Source of the DNA: Nanobdellota archaeon
Lineage (GTDB): Archaea > Nanobdellota > Nanobdellia > Pacearchaeales > GW2011-AR1
DNA length: 64,000 bases
Reading direction: 5' to 3'
Assembly (NCBI GenBank): GCA_038046005.1
Contig: JBBSXB010000003.1
Coordinates: 23,193 to 87,192 of the forward strand
The translations under genes and the position numbers were made by a program. Each line of letters begins with the position of its first letter. The first letter of the stretch is position 1. The notes below the pieces were generated by a model. The model ran no database searches. It was not told where the DNA came from and worked only from the letters and a program-made list of their open reading frames with translations. Of the stretch, positions 58,703-64,000 are shown piece after piece.

Positions 58703-61294
58703 ATGACAGAAATCCTAGAAGCAAAACAGAGAAACGCAGAAGAAGTAAAAGAGATACTTCATCCTCTTGTCAAAGAATGGTTTTTTTCAAAGTTTGAAGA
58801 TTTGTCTTTGACACAGAAATATGGAGTCTTGAATATTTGGGAAAGGAAAAACATTCTTATCTCTGCACCAACAGGAGGAACAAAAACACTCACGGCCTTT
58901 CTTTCTATACTAAATTATCTTGTAATAAAAGCAGAAAAAGGAGAGTTGGAAGACAAGATTTATGCAGTCTATGTAAGCCCACTTAAAGCATTGTCAAATG
59001 ATATTCAAAAAAACTTAGTAGAACCTTTGGAAGCAATATATGAGATTGCAAAATCAAAAGACATCAAGCTTCAAAAAATAAGAGTCGCTTTAAGGACAGG
59101 AGACACAACTGCTTCTGAGAAATCAAAGATGACAAGAAACTCTCCCCACATCATGATAACAACTCCTGAATCTCTGGCAATAGTTTTGACTTCAAAAAAA
59201 TTCGTTGAAAATCTTCATGCTGTTGAATTTTGTGTTGTTGATGAAATTCATGCTTTAGATAACAAAAGGGGAACATATCTAAGCTTAAGTTTGGAAAGGC
59301 TAAATGAAGTTTCATCCATCTTCCCTGCAAAAATAGGGTTAAGTGCAACAATAGCCCCTTTGGAAGAAGTTGCAAAATTCCTTGTTGGAATTTCAGATGA
59401 CAGGAAAGTCCATATTGCAGAAGTTCCTTTGGATAAAAAAATAGATGTTCAAGTGCTCACACCTGTAAAAGACTTGGTTGAAGATGGAGAAGTTCATTCA
59501 AAGATGTATACCTTGATGTCAGATTTAATAAGCGAGCATGTAACAACATTGGTATTCACCAACACAAGATCAGCAACTGAAAGAGTTGTAAACTATCTTA
59601 AGGAAAAATTTCCAACACAATATGGAGATGACAATATTGCCGCCCATCATTCCTCTTTAAGCAAGCTCCATAGGTTTGACATTGAGGAAAGGCTAAGACG
59701 GGGAGAATTGAAAGTTGTTGTTTGTTCTACATCTTTAGAATTAGGAATTGATATTGGTTATATTGATTTAGTAATAATGTTAGGAAGTCCAAAATCTTCT
59801 GCCAGAGCCTTGCAAAGACTTGGAAGAGCAGGACACAAACTCCATGACACTGCAAAAGGAAGATTTATAGTTTTAGACAGAGATGATTTAGTTGAGTGTT
59901 CTATAATCCAGAAAGAGATGATTGAAAGAAAAATAAATAAAATAAGATTCCCAAAAAATTGTTTGGACGTTTTAAGCCAGCAAATTTTTGGCATGGCAAT
60001 ATACAAAGTCTGGAAAATTGACGAGTTATTAAATTTGATAAGGAAAAGTTATTGCTATTCTGATTTGCCAAAAAACGATTTTCTTGACATTATAAGTTAT
60101 CTTTCTGGAGAATATGACTTGGAAAAAAATTCTGTCTATGGAAAAATTTGGTATGACAAAGAAACAGGAGATATAGGGAAAAGAGGAAAAATGGCAAGAG
60201 TTCTTTACATGACAAATCTTGGGACAATTCCTGACGAATCTTTTGTAACAGTAAAACTTGCTGGAGGCAGTAATGAGCAGATTGGGGTTATTGATGAAGG
60301 ATTCATGGAGAGAATGAAAAAAGGAGATGTCTTTGTGTTAGGAGGTAAGAAATACATTTATGGCTATACTAAAGGAATGAATCTTTATGTAAAAGCAACA
60401 GTCAGCAGGTCGCCAACAATCCCTTCATGGTTCTCAGAAATGCTGCCTTTAAGTTTTGACTCTGCCTTGGAGATTAATGAATTCAGAAAATTAATGAAAG
60501 AGAAACTTTCATCTGACCAGCCAAAATTAAAAATAATACAATTCATAAAGTCCTATCTTTATCTCCCAGATACAACATCAGAAGCAATTTACAATTATTT
60601 TCTTGAACAGGAGAGTTTTTTAGAAATTCCCGATGGAAACACAATATTAGTTGAGAAATTTATAGATAATGAGAAAAGGTATCTTTTATTCCATTCTCTT
60701 TACGGAAGAAGAGTTAACGATGCCCTGTCAAGAGTCATTGCATACCTTATGGGTGTGTCAGGAGGAAGAGATGTTGAAATAGGAATAACTGACAATGGTT
60801 TTTATCTTTCAGGGGGAAAAATGCCCCTTAACCGTACCTTGGAAGAGCTCAATGAAAAAAATCTTGAAAAGTTTTTGAAAGAAGCAATAGACAGGACAGA
60901 TGTTTTAGCAAGAAGATTCAGGCATTGTGCAACACGTTCTTTGATGATATTAAGGAATTACAAAGGAATGAGGAAAACCGTGGGTAAGCAGCAGATGAAA
61001 TCACATTTCTTGTTAGCTGCAGTCAAGAAGATTTCAAATGAGTTCCCAATATTGAGAGAAGCAAGAAGAGAAGTTTTAGAAGATTTAATGGATGTTACAA
61101 ACACAAAATTTGTTTTAAAGGAAATTGAAAAAGGAAAAATAAAAATTAAGGTTGTTGAAACATCGCTTCCCTCTCCGTTTGCATTAAACCTTATTCTGCA
61201 AGGCCACACAGATTTAATTAGAATAGAGGACAAGCAGGCATTCCTCAAGAGGATGCATGAATTGCATGTGAGGAAGTTGATGAGTTTGGGTTAG
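58703..61294 (+). CDS. lhr: Lhr-like (Lhr-core) SF2 ATP-dependent helicase (likely start MTEILE)
   Basis: APTGGTKT, SPLKALSND, TTPESL, DEIH, SAT, SLELGID, QRLGRAGH, PSWFSE, SPFA. Confidence 0.93.
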   Translation: MTEILEAKQRNAEEVKEILHPLVKEWFFSKFEDLSLTQKYGVLNIWERKNILISAPTGGTKTLTAFLSILNYLVIKAEKGELEDKIYAVYVSPLKALSNDIQKNLVEPLEAIYEIAKSKDIKLQKIRVALRTGDTTASEKSKMTRNSPHIMITTPESLAIVLTSKKFVENLHAVEFCVVDEIHALDNKRGTYLSLSLERLNEVSSIFPAKIGLSATIAPLEEVAKFLVGISDDRKVHIAEVPLDKKIDVQVLTPVKDLVEDGEVHSKMYTLMSDLISEHVTTLVFTNTRSATERVVNYLKEKFPTQYGDDNIAAHHSSLSKLHRFDIEERLRRGELKVVVCSTSLELGIDIGYIDLVIMLGSPKSSARALQRLGRAGHKLHDTAKGRFIVLDRDDLVECSIIQKEMIERKINKIRFPKNCLDVLSQQIFGMAIYKVWKIDELLNLIRKSYCYSDLPKNDFLDIISYLSGEYDLEKNSVYGKIWYDKETGDIGKRGKMARVLYMTNLGTIPDESFVTVKLAGGSNEQIGVIDEGFMERMKKGDVFVLGGKKYIYGYTKGMNLYVKATVSRSPTIPSWFSEMLPLSFDSALEINEFRKLMKEKLSSDQPKLKIIQFIKSYLYLPDTTSEAIYNYFLEQESFLEIPDGNTILVEKFIDNEKRYLLFHSLYGRRVNDALSRVIAYLMGVSGGRDVEIGITDNGFYLSGGKMPLNRTLEELNEKNLEKFLKEAIDRTDVLARRFRHCATRSLMILRNYKGMRKTVGKQQMKSHFLLAAVKKISNEFPILREARREVLEDLMDVTNTKFVLKEIEKGKIKIKVVETSLPSPFALNLILQGHTDLIRIEDKQAFLKRMHELHVRKLMSLG
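61253..61285 (+). repeat. 33-bp direct repeat, copy 1 (lhr 3' end)
   Basis: ATGCATGAATTGCATGTGAGGAAGTTGATGAGT, identical to 62349-62381. Confidence 0.9.
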
Positions 61295-61346
61295 GGCTTG
61301 CAAAAATAACCAAAAACCTTATAAATATGTAAGTACATGTAAGAAC

Positions 61347-61547
61347 ATGACTGACAGAAAGCACATGAAGAAAGTTCGAGTGAAAAGAATAAAGTCCATA
61401 AAAAAACAAGTGGACACTCATGAAGAGAAGATTAAGAAAGAAAAGGGCAGGAAAGACACAACGAAGGCTTATTGGAAAAAAGAGATAGATGAAAAATTCC
61501 TAAGGCAGATAGGAGAGGATGAGGATTACTTAAATGAGGGCAAATAA
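61347..61547 (+). CDS. Small highly charged protein
   Basis: 66 aa; BRE/TATA ACCAAAAACCTTATAAA about 20 bp upstream; 5 bp from the next gene. Confidence 0.65.
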   Translation: MTDRKHMKKVRVKRIKSIKKQVDTHEEKIKKEKGRKDTTKAYWKKEIDEKFLRQIGEDEDYLNEGK

Positions 61548-61552
61548 TTAAA

Positions 61553-62329
61553 ATGGAAATTCATATAAAAAAAGCTGTCAAGGCAGGAAATTCTTCGGCG
61601 GTGATACTTCCAAGATCATGGCTTGACAGGGAAGTAAGGATAGAATTGATAGAGAAAACACCAGAAAAAATACTTATAGACACTCTAGAAATAATCAAGA
61701 AACATCTCAATGTTGATAAGATAATTGGGATTTATCTTGTCGGGAGTCATGCGCGTGGAGATTATGACAAGGACAGCGATATAGATATACTTGTTGTTAC
61801 AGATGACACAGATAAAGAGATGATTAGCGAAGGGGTTTATAACATTCTTATTGTCTCTTCAGAGCTGTTGAGTCAGAAACTAAGCCAGGATTTGTTTCCC
61901 ATTGGCCAGATGATAAGGGAAGCGAAGCCTCTTCTTAATTCCAGCTATCTAAAATCTGTAAATGTTAAAGTGACAAGAAAGAATATATCTTGGTATATTG
62001 ACACAACAGAAGACAAGTTAAGGTTGATTAAAAGAGCTATGGATCTATCAATAAAAAAGAATAATTATCTCAGCGATCTTGTTGCTTACACGCTAATATT
62101 GAGGATACGTACACTTTACATAATTGAAAGGCTTATAAAAAACCAGGACTATTCTAAGAAAGAATTTTTGAAATTGATAGGAAAGGTATCCCACACCCCA
62201 AACCCTTATGAAAGGTATTTGGCTGTAAAGAACAATCTGGAAATAACTGATGGATTAAGCATTGAAGAAGCTGAAAGGCTTTATGATTACCTGAAAAGTC
62301 AGCTTGCCAGAATCCAGAAGATGATTTGA
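61553..62329 (+). CDS. AbrB-like N-terminus + minimal nucleotidyltransferase + helical C-terminal domain
   Basis: KAGNSSAVILPRSW; LVGSHARGDYDKDSDIDILVV. Confidence 0.85.
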   Translation: MEIHIKKAVKAGNSSAVILPRSWLDREVRIELIEKTPEKILIDTLEIIKKHLNVDKIIGIYLVGSHARGDYDKDSDIDILVVTDDTDKEMISEGVYNILIVSSELLSQKLSQDLFPIGQMIREAKPLLNSSYLKSVNVKVTRKNISWYIDTTEDKLRLIKRAMDLSIKKNNYLSDLVAYTLILRIRTLYIIERLIKNQDYSKKEFLKLIGKVSHTPNPYERYLAVKNNLEITDGLSIEEAERLYDYLKSQLARIQKMI

Positions 62330-63443
62330 TAGTGTGTTTCTGAGAAGAATGCATGAATTGCATGTGAGGAAGTTGATGAGTGTGGGGTGGGGGTAGGAAG
62401 AAAAAATTAATCCTACGAAGTTTTCTTATTTTATAAGTTCTAAATTGAAAAAGTGGCTCATCCTTAAATTGAACCTGCAAAACTTTTTCCCCAAGGAGTT
62501 CCCTTGCTTTATCATTCTCAATTTCAAGCTGACTTTGAGTTTCCCTAATCTTTTTTTGTAAACCAAAAACAATCCAAATCCCTTGCTGTATCAAACTTTT
62601 TGCAACTTCATTATCTATTTCACCCAAGTCTGGATGTCCTCCCTTATTTCTTTTAAACGAAAAAGAAGTTAAGTCAGTAAATTCTTCTTCATCAATAAAT
62701 CTTTTTGATTTTAGAAAACCAATTTTATTCTTGTACTGATTATTTAGAAATTCATAAAATTCTTTCTGAGTTATTACTTTTTTATCAAACAATTTCTTTG
62801 AATAGTCATTAATCGCTTTCTCTATAACTCTCCCAACACATAGAACCGCAGTTTTTCCATACCCTATTGAATAAATGTTTATGGGTTCTGCAATTTGTCC
62901 CTTATACACTTTATCAAGATAATTTAGACCTTCAAACTTTTCTTTTTCCATTAAAAACTTACTTATTTCTTCAATAGAAGAAAGAATTTTTCTATTTTCT
63001 CGAGATAGGTTTAATTTAAGCGTACTATTGACCAAATCAATTGTTTTTTTGCTCTCATGCGAATAAGTTAATTTTTCTTTAATTATTGTGCATAAACAAT
63101 CTACATCTAATAAGGCAACCTGTTTCTTGATATTTAATTCTCCCAAAATGTTTTTATTTATATCTCTAATCTCTTTATTAAATGAAACAAGAGTCTTTTT
63201 AATGTCTTCCAATTCTTTATTTATTTTTTCTTCCTCTTGGTTCTGATTTGGTTCTCCCATCAATCTAACCTGACTTTTTAGATCTTCCAACATAAACCTT
63301 TTTCCAAGTTTATTATCAAAAAAATCCTGCAATTTAGCTTGAATTGAAAAAATTGTCATCCCTAAAAGAAATATAGTATGAATGCTCCATCCCTGTGGTT
63401 TCTCTTCCCATTTTGAATTTTCCATAATTAATTGAGGATTCAC
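62154..63443 (-). CDS. Coiled-coil + HEPN/DUF4145-like protein
   Basis: TAVLCVGRVIEK helix and RNKGGH (Rx4H) motif; the last ~80 codons are probably readthrough; likely start 63425. Confidence 0.6.
   Translation of the reverse strand: MNPQLIMENSKWEEKPQGWSIHTIFLLGMTIFSIQAKLQDFFDNKLGKRFMLEDLKSQVRLMGEPNQNQEEEKINKELEDIKKTLVSFNKEIRDINKNILGELNIKKQVALLDVDCLCTIIKEKLTYSHESKKTIDLVNSTLKLNLSRENRKILSSIEEISKFLMEKEKFEGLNYLDKVYKGQIAEPINIYSIGYGKTAVLCVGRVIEKAINDYSKKLFDKKVITQKEFYEFLNNQYKNKIGFLKSKRFIDEEEFTDLTSFSFKRNKGGHPDLGEIDNEVAKSLIQQGIWIVFGLQKKIRETQSQLEIENDKARELLGEKVLQVQFKDEPLFQFRTYKIRKLRRINFFFLPPPHTHQLPHMQFMHSSQKHTIKSSSGFWQADFSGNHKAFQLLQCLIHQLFPDCSLQPNTFHKGLGCGIPFLSISKILS
62349..62381 (+). repeat. 33-bp direct repeat, copy 2 (orphan lhr 3' end)
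   Basis: Identical to 61253-61285; the frame 62337-62396 reads FLRRMHELHVRKLMSVGWG*. Confidence 0.9.
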
Positions 63444-63578
63444 TCATATTTTATATTTTTCTATACTCAAGAAACGTTTATTTTTATTCAATCCTCTTTT
63501 CTATTCTTTTTCTCTCCCTCACATTCATGATTCCCCCCCTTCCCAAAAATATATAACTCTCTAAAATATTTCCAATAT

Positions 63579-63950
63579 ATGAAAAACTATTTGGCAAAAA
63601 ACGTTGATGAATACATCTCAAACGCTCCGAAAGAAGCTCAGTCCACACTTAAAGGAATAAGAGAAGTAATAAAATCAACTATCCCAAAAGCAGAAGAAGG
63701 AATAAGTTGGGGTGTGCCGTTCTACAAATATAAGGGCCTTCTTGCCGGATTTGCCTCATTCAAGAAACATGCTCTCTTTAGATTATGTTTCGTGCTTCAA
63801 ACTAGCGACAGAGAGATGCTAGAAAAAAAAGGCTACAAAACTGGAAGTAAAACAATACAAATAAAGTTCGACCAAAAAGTGCCCATAGAAATAATAAAGC
63901 AAATTCTAAAAGCAAAAGCAAAAATGAATAAGAAGAAGGGCAAACATTAA
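63579..63950 (+). CDS. DUF1801 (YdhG-like) protein
   Basis: VDEYI, EEGISWGVPFY, FASFKKH, KTIQI. Confidence 0.88.
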   Translation: MKNYLAKNVDEYISNAPKEAQSTLKGIREVIKSTIPKAEEGISWGVPFYKYKGLLAGFASFKKHALFRLCFVLQTSDREMLEKKGYKTGSKTIQIKFDQKVPIEIIKQILKAKAKMNKKKGKH

Positions 63951-63961
63951 TTAATCGTTAT

Positions 63962-63983
63962 ACCCTACAGCTTGCTGTAGGGT
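63962..63983. repeat. GC-rich inverted repeat (REP-like or IS200/IS605-end-like hairpin)
   Basis: ACCCTACAGC-TT-GCTGTAGGGT, perfect 10-bp arms in an AT-rich genome. Confidence 0.6.
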
Positions 63984-64000
63984 GAAAGCTAAAGAAAATC

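Noticed and set aside
58568-58704. Apparent head-to-head overlap of lhr and the giant secreted protein
   Set aside because: Better starts at 58703 and 58620 leave an 82-bp gap holding divergent TATA-like elements.
1-64000. CRISPR array, rRNA or transposase
   Set aside because: No regularly spaced repeats, rRNA-like GC-rich stretch or transposase motifs seen by eye.

Overview
AT-rich archaeal chromosomal segment, most likely DPANN (Pacearchaeota-like; inferred from the fused, shortened RpoA, the absence of rpl30e from the rpo cluster, BRE/TATA promoters and the reduced gene content). 1-17.5 kb: dnaG and the rpoH-rpoB-rpoA-nusA-rps12-rps7-fusA-tuf cluster, heavily interleaved with small orphan ORFs. 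18-25 kb: tRNA-Lys, an ADP-ribosyltransferase-like gene coupled to tag, and a thioredoxin-NUDIX-class II RNR-NrdR block with two NrdR boxes. 26-32.5 kb: a rearranged hotspot (HTH-TM-beta-propeller fusion, AbiE toxin-antitoxin pair, queuosine-precursor transporter, truncated SIMPL and a duplicated SIMPL 3' end). 33-38.5 kb: a four-gene surface locus whose shared segments fit a tip / major subunit / chaperone / anchor donor-strand filament. 38.5-49.3 kb: a copper/thiol island of about 22 genes (CopA, CopZ, cupredoxins, PCYCGC, DsbA, many Cys/His/Met-rich small membrane proteins) with three consecutive proteins ending in GMVGGC and a shared ArsR-type operator. 49-53 kb: ArsR-iscS operon. 54-64 kb: giant Cys-rich secreted protein, Lhr helicase with a duplicated 3' end flanking an AbrB-nucleotidyltransferase cassette, a HEPN-like gene and a GC-rich hairpin. 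No CRISPR array, rRNA or integrase was seen. All calls come from reading the sequence; no searches were run.
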